Assembly: GCF_018977255.1 (NCBI RefSeq)
Contig: NW_024704743.1
Coordinates: 15,936,001-16,000,000, forward strand
Length of the DNA stretch: 64,000 nt
Reading direction: 5' to 3'
From: Callorhinchus milii
Taxonomy: Eukaryota
Positions 1 through 9,917 of this stretch are shown in pieces. Both the position numbers and the translations under genes were made by a program. The notes beneath the pieces are model-generated. The model was not told the DNA's origin. It was given only the letters and a program-made list of their open reading frames with translations, and did not search any database. How positions within the stretch are numbered: the stretch's first letter is position 1; each line of letters begins with the position of its first letter.

Positions 1-58
1 GAGAGAGCAATTTAAAATTATGAAGGGTTTGGAAAATTTGGATATGGATACCTGTTTC

Positions 59-1330
59 TTAGAATCATAGAATTATACAGTACAGAAGGAGGCCATTCTG
101 GCCATTGTTGCTGTGCCGGCTCTTTGAAAAGAGCTATCCAAATCAATCCCAGCCTCCTGTGCTCTCCCCATAGCTCTGCAAACTTGTCCTCCCCAAATAA
201 TTATCTACTTCTCTCTTAAAAGTTGTTATTGAATCGGCTTCCACCACCCTTTCAGACAATGCATTCCAGATGCGAACAATTTGCTGTGTGAAAAAATTTC
301 TCCTCACCTCCCCTCTGTTTCTTTTAACAACTATTTTAAATCGGTGTCCTCGGGTTACCAATCCACCCGGTTTCTCCTTGTTCACTCTATCGAATCCCCT
401 CATCATTTTGAAACTTCTATTAAGTCTCCTCTTAACCTTCTCTGCTCCAAGGAGAATAATCCCAGCTTCTCTAATATCTCCTGATGACTGAAGTCCCTCA
501 TTCCTGGTACCATCCTGGAAAATCTCCTTTGCACCCTCTCCAATTCCTTGACATCCTTCCTAAAGTATGGGGGCCAGAAGTGAACACAGTACTCGAGCTG
601 AGGTTTAACCAGTGTTTTATAAAGGTTCATCATAACTTCCTGACTTTTGTATTCTATGCCCCTATTTATAAAGCCGGTATCCGTATGCTTTTTTAACAGC
701 TTTATCTACCTGTCCTGCCACCTTCAAAAATTTACTCATATGAACCCCCAGGTCTCTCTGTTCCTTCAACCCCTTTAAGATTCTACCATCAGCTTATATT
801 GCCTCTCCTCATTCTTCCTCCCAAAATGAGTCACTCCGCATTTCTCCAAATTAAACTTCATCTGCCATGTGTTTGTCCATTTTACCAGTCTGTCTATGTC
901 TGTTTGCAGTCTGCTACAACCTCTTCACAGTTTACTACTTTTCCTAGCTTAGCATCATCTGCAAACTTGGAAATTATACTCCCTATACCAAGTCCAGGTC
1001 ATTTATATAGATCAAAAACAGCAGTGGTCCCAATACCGAACCCTGGGGTACACCACTGCACACTTCCCTCCAGTCAGAAAAACAACCATTCACCACTACT
1101 CTCTGCTTTCTGTCCCCAAGTCAGTTCTGTATCTATGCTGCCACTGTCCCTTTAATACCATGGGCTTCTATTTTGCTTATATGTCTGTTATGTGGCACTT
1201 TATCAAACACCTTTTGAAAATCCATATAAACTACATCAACTGCATGCACTACCTTCATCCACCCACTGCATTACTTCATCAAAAAAACAGGTTTGTTTGA
1301 CAAAATTTGCCTTTAACAAACCCATATTTT
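59..1330 (-). mobile_element. CR1-clade LINE 3' fragment (RT C-terminal part and 3' tail), degenerate
   Basis: ORFs 403..633 (LYKTLVKPQLEYCVHFWPP...LERVQRR...LEQRRLRGDLIEV) and 143..406 (RNFFTQQIVRIWNAL); tail tagaatcatagaat. Confidence 0.92.
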
Positions 1331-1914
1331 TCTAAGTGAAAATTTATTTTGTCCCAGAAAATTTCAGGAAATTCATTGATTCATTGAAATTTCAGCAGTC
1401 TACTCCTGTCTGATACTGTTACTATGTAAGTTGCTTTGCGGTTTAAATAAACGATCAATTCTGCGTACCAGCTGTGAAATTCAATTGCAAGTCTAACCAG
1501 TATCATGAAAATCTCCATTCTCTATTGCGAATGGGGTGGTGCTGGTGGGGAGGGGGAATCCATCTCCTGCACATTTGGATATATTAAAGATAATAATTAT
1601 CAAATTGTGAAATCGATCCCATTTGTCATGAGTAACTGTGAGTGCAAACCTTGTGACATCACTGCAGCCATAAGGATACAATGCTATGAATTAATTCACA
1701 GGCAGGGAAGATATGCCAAGTTAGAAGCACGCAAACATGAAATTTCATGGCCAAAGGCCAACTGTTTTGTTGAGCTAACATGGTATCCGCTACGCTCTGG
1801 AAGTGCAGGAGATTTGTCTTCAAAATGTCCTCTGGATTTTCCCTCCAGTGTGTTGTTTAGGTGAGAATGTAAAACTGAAAAGTGAGCTCTTAAAATATTC
1901 AGCCCATATGTTAC

Positions 1915-2215
1915 AACAACAACAGCTTGCGCCTATCACTCAAAGTAGCTCCCCAGAGCGCTCAGCAGTGTCACAGGACTAGAGGGAGGGACAAGGTGAC
2001 CGTAGGCACAGTCAAAGAGGAAAGTCTTCAAGTGTGACCTGAAAATGGGGAAGGAGGGGGCAAGGGGGAAGGAATGTTCCAGAATTTTGGGGCGTAGTGG
2101 ATGAAAGCGCATCCACTGATGGTGGAACAGAGGACATCAGGAACAAGCGGGAAGCCAGAGTCAGTCGAGCGGAGGCAGCGGGTAGTGAGTTTGGGAGTAA
2201 GCCGGTCGGAAAGAT
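1915..2215 (-). mobile_element. Old L2 3' fragment
   Basis: ORF 2028..2246 resembles the L2 C-terminus (LRST..G...AF.HYAPKFWN); (aac)n tail at ~1915. Confidence 0.7.
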
Positions 2216-2524
2216 ATGTTGATGTGTATTGATCTAAAGCTAGCAAATGGAATAGGGAAGAGCTTCACAATATCTCTCCCTTTAAGAGCATATTGCAACA
2301 AACCACTTTGTGAATTTCCTTTCCCGTACCCCTTGATGGTTTTTCATTAGTTATGTTCAATAAAAGTCCAATGTTTAGGAATGTTTTACAATATGACAAT
2401 GTGTTGTAAAAACATGTCGTTTTATGCAAAACCACATGTCTTTTTCCCCACAGTCTATTTGTTTTGATGTTCAAAAATTGAAGCATGCTTTTTTTGTTTT
2501 TTTTACAATGCACAGTTTTTCTGC

Positions 2525-2904
2525 TGTGGGAGGAGTCAAATTGTGATTGATTGACAGCAGACTCCAGGCATTCACAAGTGGCTGGAGTTGTGCTGTCAAT
2601 CAGTGGGGGGGGGGGGGGGGGGGGGGGGGTGGCGGAGGAACGTGGAAGAAACACGTGAGGGATTAGGAGTCAAATTGTGATTGATTGACAGCTGAGCCTC
2701 TTGTGAATGGGTGGATCCCATCCATTCACAAGCCGTTCCAAGGCTGTCAATCACCTCAGAGCCGCTGCTAATTGGTCCTCTTCTCGTCCAATGGGAACAG
2801 CAATGGGAGGGAGGAGATAATGGAACTTTGGTTAACCTCGGACGCCGTCTAAGCCGGACAAGTCGTCCGTCCCAGATGCAGCACCTTAACCGGCCTGCAT
2901 GGTA
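2525..2904 (-). mobile_element. Partial copy of a Tigger/pogo-like MITE (inverted relative to the copy at 18984-19710)
   Basis: The reverse complement aligns by eye along 18984-19505; degenerate terminus cttaaccggcctgcatgg-ta. Confidence 0.7.
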
Positions 2905-4485
2905 CTTTTATGAGAAACAGTAACCAGTGGAAATTGGATTATTTCTCTGACGGAGTTAAATCTGACCCAGGGACCATCGTCAATCAGAAGCCATATTCAG
3001 AGCAAGGCTCTGAACCCAGTTCAACAAGCACAACAAGGTGAGAGTTGCTCCAGCACATGGCGGACACATTCAAACACCACTTTCAACAGGAAATGAAAGC
3101 ACAAATATTGAGGCTCCCGAACACTGAGGCCATCAACAACAACAACAAACAACAATTTGCATTAATATTGCACCCCTCCCAAAGGGTAGCATCCCAGAGC
3201 GCTTGACAGTGGTGGAGCATGACACCGAGTTGGTGGGGAAGTGACTGTAAGCACTTGCAAGACTTCTCAGGGTAGCTCAGTTTCAAATGCATTGAACTTG
3301 GGACCACAATGTATCAAATTCAGAACCATTCAGGCCTTCACCCTTAACATGACACTTACCAGCGCTTTGTACTGGTAAGCTGCATGGTTACCACTATCGT
3401 TACTGTGTCATAAGGAATTTCTGGTTTCCAAACAGTCAACAAAAGAATCTGCAACAAATATAGTGCTACGAGAATAACAATGACGTGTTTAATAGTTTAA
3501 AAAACCTCAAGGGTATGGTTAAAGCAGGTGGTAAAGTTACAATTTTAAAACACCTCCAAAACACATTATTGTACAGATCATGAGCCGCATTGTTAGTGCC
3601 ATCCTTGCTTTTTGCCAGCTCCTTATGGTAATATTTAAAGTGCCTTCTACAGGATAAAAGGCTTCCCAGATAGCTCAATTTCTAGTGTGCTAGACTTGAG
3701 TCCACAATGTATCAAATTCAAGACCCAGTAGAACTATTCAGGGGAAACAAAGGAGCTTTTAAATTGACTGACAAAGGGGTTTATCAAGCCTCAAATAAAG
3801 TTTTGTAGCATAATCACATGTTAATAAATTGTCAACTAGCAATAACAGCATAAAGCAATGCCAGTATGATGACATAACAGAAACTGATCAGATATATTTA
3901 AAGGTATTAAATACCTCAATTGGATATTGTTAGTTTAACTCATTATTTTTACACTCCAATGGCCTGCTTCCTTGTGGCAATGCCTCATATAAAGTACTTT
4001 CATTTGGAGTGTAGGCTCAATAAGTGAATCGTTTTGAAACAGAGTAAAATAGCAGTTACAAGCTGTTGGAATAAGTCCATAAAAAAACTATCATAGTCAT
4101 TGTGTCTAACAAAACCTTTTGAAGGTTCCCTCAAGGATATGAATAGAGTAACAATAATTACGTGTTGTTCGGTCAGCTATCACAAGGGCTGTACTTCATC
4201 CATTATGTGATAAGAGGCCGGCCATCTGTGTAGCATGGCAGCACCCCAGAAAAGTTCCTAATGAAGGAAATGCCATAACTTGCAAAAATAGGATTATAAT
4301 GAAAGATAGTCTGCCTCTCAAATGCAGTAATAAATAATCAATTAAAAAGATAATCTTGCATTTCTCTATCTTGAAGTAATGCAGAATATTTGGAGGATAA
4401 AGGTATTATTAGAAAATTCTGCAAAAAAAGGAGACAGATTCTAAAAAGAATTTACAATTTTAGCACCTTATTAGTTTACATGTTC

Positions 4486-4865
4486 AGTCCTGTAGCGTAT
4501 TGGTTAGAGCACTCGCCTCACAAGCGAGAGGACCCGGGTTCGATTCCCAGGCACGGTGAAACATTAGGCAAGTTTCTTTACTCCACTCGCCTCTGTTTAC
4601 CTAGCAGTAAGTAAAAACTTGGTTGTTAGTCAATTGGTGGATCCCTTTTCCGGGGGTAATAATGCCTTCCCCTTCAAAAACATTTTTTTATTTAGTCACT
4701 CAATCCACGACTGTTTGTGGGACACTGCTGTGCGCAATTGGCTGCCACATTTCACCCACAAAATATACAGTTAACTCACTTGAGAGTATATTCTGTGAAA
4801 TGGTTTGAGACGTCTCAAAGACTCGCTAAGGAGCTATATCAAATGCAAGGATTATTATCATTATT
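4486..4865 (+). mobile_element. tRNA-derived SINE (Deu-domain type, L2-like tail), full-length
   Basis: Pol III A box (tagcgtattgg) and B box (ggttcgattcc); core ctgtttgtgggacactgctgtgcgcaattggctgcc; tail ...tatatcaaatgcaaggattattat. Confidence 0.9.
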
Positions 4866-4925
4866 CCTCTTCGACCATGTGCATGGTCATCTCCCTGTTC
4901 TTTCTGTCTTGGTGGAGTCCTTGGT

Positions 4926-5087
4926 GGAGTCCTGTAGCTCAGTGGTTAGAGCACTCGCTTTGCAAGCGAGAGACCTGAGTTCAATTCCAGGCAGGACGAA
5001 ACCTTGGGCAAGTTTCCTTACTCCACACGCCTAATAATAATCCCTCCAAAACAAAAAACAATAATAAATTGGTCATTTTCAATCTAC
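4926..5087 (+). mobile_element. tRNA-SINE 5' half (interrupted by the L2)
   Basis: ggagtcctgtagctcagtggttagagcactcgc...gagttcaattcc; breaks at caatctac. Confidence 0.9.
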
Positions 5088-5179
5088 AACAACAACAACA
5101 ACAAGATTCCATTTATAAAGCGCCTTTCACGTCAGGAGGACGTCCCAAGGCGCTGCACAGTTGGGTCATGACCCGAGCA

Positions 5180-5277
5180 GGGGGGAAATGGTCAGGGTGA
5201 GGGGAGGGAAGGGAGGGAGCGAGGAGGGGGGAAATGGTCAGGGTGAGGGGAGGGAAGGGAGGGAGCGAGGAGGGGGA
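5180..5277. repeat. 46-bp tandem duplication at the L2 stop codon / 3' UTR
   Basis: aaatggtcagggtgaggggagggaagggagggagcgaggag recurs at 5186 and 5232. Confidence 0.9.
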
Positions 5278-8200
5278 AGAGAGTCGAGAGGGGAGCTGAA
5301 GGCACGGTCAAAGAGAAAGGTTTTGAGACCGGCCTTGAAGGAGGAAAGGGAGGAAGCAAGGCGAAGGCACTGGGGGATGGAGTTCCAGAGCCTCGGGGCT
5401 GAGAGGCTGAAGGCCCGACCACCGATGGTAGGGCGGTTGGGGCGGGGGACGTGGAGCAGACCGGAGCCAGAGGAACGGAGGGTACGGGCAGGTAGGTAGG
5501 GGGATAGTAGGTTGGAGAGGTAGGAGGGAGCAAGGCCGTGAATGGCCTTGTAGGTGAGGATGAGGATCTTGAAATCAATCCTCTGGGGGATGGGGAGCCA
5601 GTGGAGGCGAGCGAGGGTGGGAGTGATGTGGTCCCGAAGCCTGGTGCGGGACAGTACACGAGCTGCAGAGTTCTGAATGACCTGCAGCTTGTGGAGGGAG
5701 GTGGCGGGAAGGCCGGCGAGGAGAGAGTTCCCATAGTCCAGCCTTGAGGTGACAAAGGCGTGGACCAGGGTTTCAGCAGCGTGAGGGGTGAGGTAGTGCC
5801 GTAGTCTGGCGATGTTCCGGAGGTGATGGAAGGCGGTGCCAGTTGTGGTGCGGATGTGAGGGAGAAAGGACAGCTCAGGGTCGAACAAAACGCCGAGGTT
5901 CCTGACTGGCTTTGAGAGGTGGAGAGTGCAGCCTTGGATGCTGATGGTGTCAGCGCCTGAGGTGCGGAGGCGCTGACGTGAGCCAATCAGGAGGGCCTCG
6001 GTTTTTCGCACGTTGAGCTGAAGAAAGTTGTCTCTCGTCCAGGACTCGATGTCGGACAGGCAGCTGTCAGGACATCGGTGGTCGTGGAGTTGAGAGTAGA
6101 GGAGGAAAGGTAGAGTTGGGTGTCATCCGCATACATGTGGAAGTTAACTCCATGTCTGCGGATGATGTCACCAAGGGGGAGCATATAGAGGGTGAAGAGG
6201 AGGGGACCGAGGACAGAGCCCTGAGGGACACCACATGAGACAGTACGGGGGGTGGAGGAGAAGCCATTCGTTGAGACAAAGTGAAGACGGTGAGAAAGGT
6301 ACGACCTAAACCATTCAAGGACAGTGCCTTGAAGGTTGAGGTGGGAGGACAAGCGGTGGAGTAGGATAGCGTGGTCGACCGTATCGAATGCTGCCGATAG
6401 GTCGAGGAGGACGAGGAGACAGAGGGAGCCCTGGTCACAGATGGTCAGGATATCATTGGTGACCTTGACCAGGGCAGTTTCTGTGCTATGAGCAGCACGG
6501 AAACCTGACTGAAGGGGTTCAAAAAGAGAATGGGTGGAAAGGAAAGAGCGCAGTTGGGAGGCGACAACTCTTTCCAAGACCTTGGAGAGAAAGGGGAGGT
6601 TGGAGATGGGCCGGTAGCTTGATAGCTGCGACGCATCAAGGGAGGGTTTTTTCAGGGTGGGCGTGATGATGGCAGTTTTTAATGGAATGGGGACAGAGCC
6701 AGAGGAGAGGGACAGGTTGATGATGTCAGTGATATGTGGGGCAAGAAAGTGGAGCTGGGAGATAAGGAGTGGAGTGGGGATGGGGTCAAGGGAGCAGGTG
6801 GTTGGTTTTAGGGATAGGATGAGTTCAGTGACAGAGGGTGGGGAAACGGGTACGAAGGTGTGTAGGGGAGGATGGGTAGGAGTCGGAGTGTGGGAGGGAA
6901 GGGGTGGGTGGTGGGTGGAAGTTGGAGGGGAAGTGACCGCGGAGCGGATTCCCTTGATCTTGGATTCAAGGAAATCCAGCATCTCCTCGCAGTGAAGGTT
7001 GGAGGAGATGACCTGCGCGGGGTGGCGGGGGGGACGGAGGAGTCGGGTTGTGGTGGAAAACAGTAGCCTGGGGTTGTTCTTCGCCTCCAGGATTATCCTG
7101 GAGTAGAAGGACGACTTGGCCGAGGCTAGAGTGGAGCGGTAAATTTTGAGGAGGTCCAGCCAGATTTGTCGGTGGACCGTTAGGCCAGATTTGACACAGG
7201 TGCGTTCAGCAGCCCGCACCTGGCTTTTCAGTGAGCGGAGGTGGGTGGTGTACCAGGGGGAGGAGCGGGAGTAGGAGACAGTGCGGGAAGTGATGGGGGC
7301 AAGAGTATCGAGTGTGGAGGAGAGGGTATTGTGGAGGAGGGAGAGAGGAGAAGAGGGGTCGGTGAGGGTTGAAGGCCAGAGGGAGAGGAGTTCAGAGGAC
7401 TCCAAGGCATCGGTTAGGGATTGTGGGGGTAACTTCTTCCAAGGGCGGTAGAAGATGGTGGTGGGTCTGGTGGAGGTGGGGAGGGGGGTGGAGGTGGTGA
7501 AGGAGATGAAGTGGTGGTCAGAGATGGCCTTGTCGGTAATAGTGACATCCGAGACACTGAGGCCCCGGGTGATCACCAAATCGAGTGGGTGGCCGTGACT
7601 GTGAGTGGGGGAGTTTATGTGTAGAGAGAGGTTGAGTGAGGAGAGCAGGGAAGAGAAGTCTGTGGAGATGGAGCAGGAGGGGGTGAAGTGTAGGTTAAAG
7701 TCGCCCAGGATGATGAGGCGATCGGAGCAGAGGCAAAGAGATGTGAGGAGTGTTGAAATGTCAGAGATGAAGGTGGGAGAGGTTTTAGGGGGCCGGTAGA
7801 GGAGGAGGATTTTAAGGGAGAGGAATGAGGGGTGGGAGAGGGTGAGGTGCTCAAAGGAGGGGAAAGAGCCAGTGGAGTAGGGGGATAGGGCAAGTGGTGT
7901 CCTTGAGATAAGGGCAACACCACCGCCACGGCGGTTGGGGCGGGGGATGTGGTGGGAGGTGTAGCCGGGTGGCGTGGCCTCCGTGAGGGGGAAGGTGTCG
8001 CCTGGGGTGAGCCAGGTTTCTGTTAAGGCCATGATATCAACGTTCTCATCAAGGATGAGATCGTTGATGACCAGGGCCTTGTTGCAGAGGGAGCGGACAT
8101 TTTGCAGTCCGATGTGGAGGGAGCGGTTGACAGAAGGGTGTGTGGGAGGGGAGGGGGGTCCAGGTTGTGAGGCAGGGGTGGGGGGAATGGGGATGAGGGA

Positions 8201-8497
8201 GGAGAGGTTGACTCCCCGGGTCTGTGTCCGGGGTGGGTGGCGAGTGTGGTGGGGAATGGGGCAGTCGGTGTGGCTGCTGCTGGACAGCCAACGCCGAGTG
8301 CCACGGTGAGCCCGGCGGAGGATTCCCAGGCTGGAGCAGAGGGAGGTTGTGGGAGGGTCAAGTGGGGATAGAAGACGAGAGGGACGGAGAGAGAGGAGGA
8401 GAGAGCGGGAGAGATGCAGAGGGGGGAGGGTTTGGGGGGAGAGAGGAGGGGGGCGGGAGGGAGGGGGTGAGGGGGCTCGGGTCAAAGCGGCAGCCAT
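5238..8497 (-). pseudogene. L2 ORF (endonuclease-reverse transcriptase) with a single 1-nt frameshift at 6063/6064; ~1086 aa if repaired
   Basis: APE motifs LQNVRSL, ALTETWL, ILGDFN, ISDHH. RT motifs [50 protein letters not shown]2-type C-terminus SRLDYGNSLL...LHWLP...FKILIL. ATG in cactATGg context at 8497. Confidence 0.92.
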
Positions 8498-8711
8498 AGT
8501 GCGCACGCGGGGACCGGGAGCGAGCGGTCAGGTGGATGGCATTATCCCGCAGATTGGGGCAGCGAACCCAACAGGACCATAGTGGGCTCTGATGTGAGCC
8601 CGGGGGGGGGGGGGGGGGGGCGCAGAGGGTTTTTTTTTTTTTGCGCGCGCACTCACCTGAAAACTAATCTATGACGTCGCAGTTCCCCCGCTCCGTCCCC
8701 TCCCTCCCCTA

Positions 8712-8975
8712 GCTGCACTCGCTCCGGCGTCGAGTTTAAGTACCTGGGTCAGTAGGCCCAGGCTCCTCCCCGCGCTGTCCTGCTGCCGCTCCCCGACTGG
8801 CTGCACTCGCTCCGGCGTCGAGTTTAAGTACCTGGGTCAGTAGGCCCAGGCTCCTCCCCGCGCTCTCCTGCCGCCGCTCCCCGACTGGCTGCACTCGCTC
8901 CGGCGTCGAGTTTAAGTACCTGGGTCAGTAGGCCCAGGCTCCTCCCCGCGCTCTCCTGCCGCCGCTCCCCGACTG
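8712..8975. repeat. 3 x 88-bp CpG-rich tandem repeat forming the 5' end of the L2
   Basis: Units start at 8713, 8801 and 8889 (ctgcactcgctccggcgtcgagtttaagtacctgggtcagtaggcccagg...); near identical, with 2 substitutions in one unit. Confidence 0.97.
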
Positions 8976-9125
8976 TTTGTGGGACATTGCTGTGCGCAAT
9001 TGGCTGCCGCGTTCGCCCACAAATATACAGTCAATTCACTTTACAGTGTGTTCTGTGAAGCGCTTTGGGACGTCCTCCCGACGTGAAAAGCGCTATATCA
9101 AATGCAAGGATTATTATTATTACTA
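8971..9125 (+). mobile_element. tRNA-SINE 3' half (continuation of 4926-5087)
   Basis: gactgtttgtgggacattgctgtgcgcaattggctgccgcg... ending in an (att)n tail. Confidence 0.9.
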
Positions 9126-9821
9126 TTGGTGTCAAGTTTTACTACTGCTTTGAAATACTACCCCGTGTGAACAGCGCTACATAAATGTTGTTCTTGTTGA
9201 ACTGTGTTCTTGATCGTTGAAACCCACATGAAGAGAACGACGGTTCTTTGGTTTAACATCTCATCTAAAAGATTGCACTTTCTGACAATCCAGTGCCCCC
9301 CCAGCACTGCACTGGAATATGAGCTCAAACCCCTAATATAGCTTATGCTCATGAATCTAACCAAAAGGTGAGAGAAATGACAAAATAATCTGGAGCTCTT
9401 CAACCTTGCAAAGATTACTATGAGAGGGGTCCTTTATAGAGATGTATCATATTAAATAGAATAGAGGAAGTAAATCAAGAACATTTCAGATATACTAAAG
9501 GACCAGGACAAAAAGACGCATGATTAGGGTTATGAAGGTTAATTTTATGATAGAAACCAGGAAGATTTTCTTCAAGAAGGGAATAATGAACAGCTGGAAT
9601 GAGCAACCAGGAAGGGATCCATCAGATCTCCCCTCAACTTTATCTGTTCCAGAAAATAGGTCCAGTTCCTCCAGACTCAGTTTATAGGTCACTCATTGCT
9701 AGTTTCATCTTAGTAAATCTCATTTGCACTCTCTCTATGGCGCTGATGTTCTTCCTAAAGTGGGGTGAGCAAATAGGTATCCCTGCCACCCTCAACAAGT
9801 ATCAAAGAAAAAAGTTCTTAC

Positions 9822-9917
9822 CTGGTAAGGAACAATGCTCTCATGTGCAGTTCCCCACTTTTTTGCTTCCTTTTTTGCAGTGAGATAATTTGCAGCTATG
9901 TGAGTAAGGCAGGCAAC
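9822..9917 (-). CDS. SUGCT: SUGCT exon (probable exon 9), 96 nt: [32 protein letters not shown]
   Basis: aattag|GTTGCC...TACCAG|gtaaga. WGTAHxSIVPYQ motif; phase 0-0. Confidence 0.96.

Larger units (their letters stand above)
5088..8970 (-). mobile_element. Young, near full-length L2-clade LINE (single ORF, APE endonuclease + RT), inserted into a SINE
   Basis: 3' (TTG)n tail at ~5088-5103, 3' stem-loop at 5119-5154, ORF 8497-5238, 5' 88-bp monomers. The two flanks rejoin into one SINE (...ggtcattttcaatctac | gactgtttgtgggac...). Confidence 0.93.

Noticed and set aside
1505..1864. 119-aa plus-strand ORF as an independent gene
   Set aside because: No recognisable domain or supporting exon structure; antisense within a SUGCT intron.
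2605..2630. Long poly-G run (also 8602-8620) as a functional G-quadruplex
   Set aside because: Homopolymers inside TEs; the second MITE copy has only a short run, and the length is unreliable in assemblies.
3466..3678. Candidate next SUGCT exon (KDG-containing ORF)
   Set aside because: It does not match the expected F.TKDG.(I/L)V.GAGN motif; the next exon probably lies beyond the window start.
4926..5000. Functional tRNA gene (Ala-like anticodon arm), also at the other SINE heads
   Set aside because: It continues directly into the SINE body and tail, varies among many copies and lacks a clean acceptor stem.
5161..8582. Many overlapping alternative-frame and antisense ORFs over the L2
   Set aside because: By-products of the C-rich, stop-poor composition of the L2 ORF.
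8712..8975. CRISPR array, or HDV-like ribozyme in the 88-bp repeats
   Set aside because: The units are contiguous with no unique spacers and the context is eukaryotic. The cccaggctcctc resemblance to HDV is on the antisense strand, and I could not build the nested double pseudoknot by eye.
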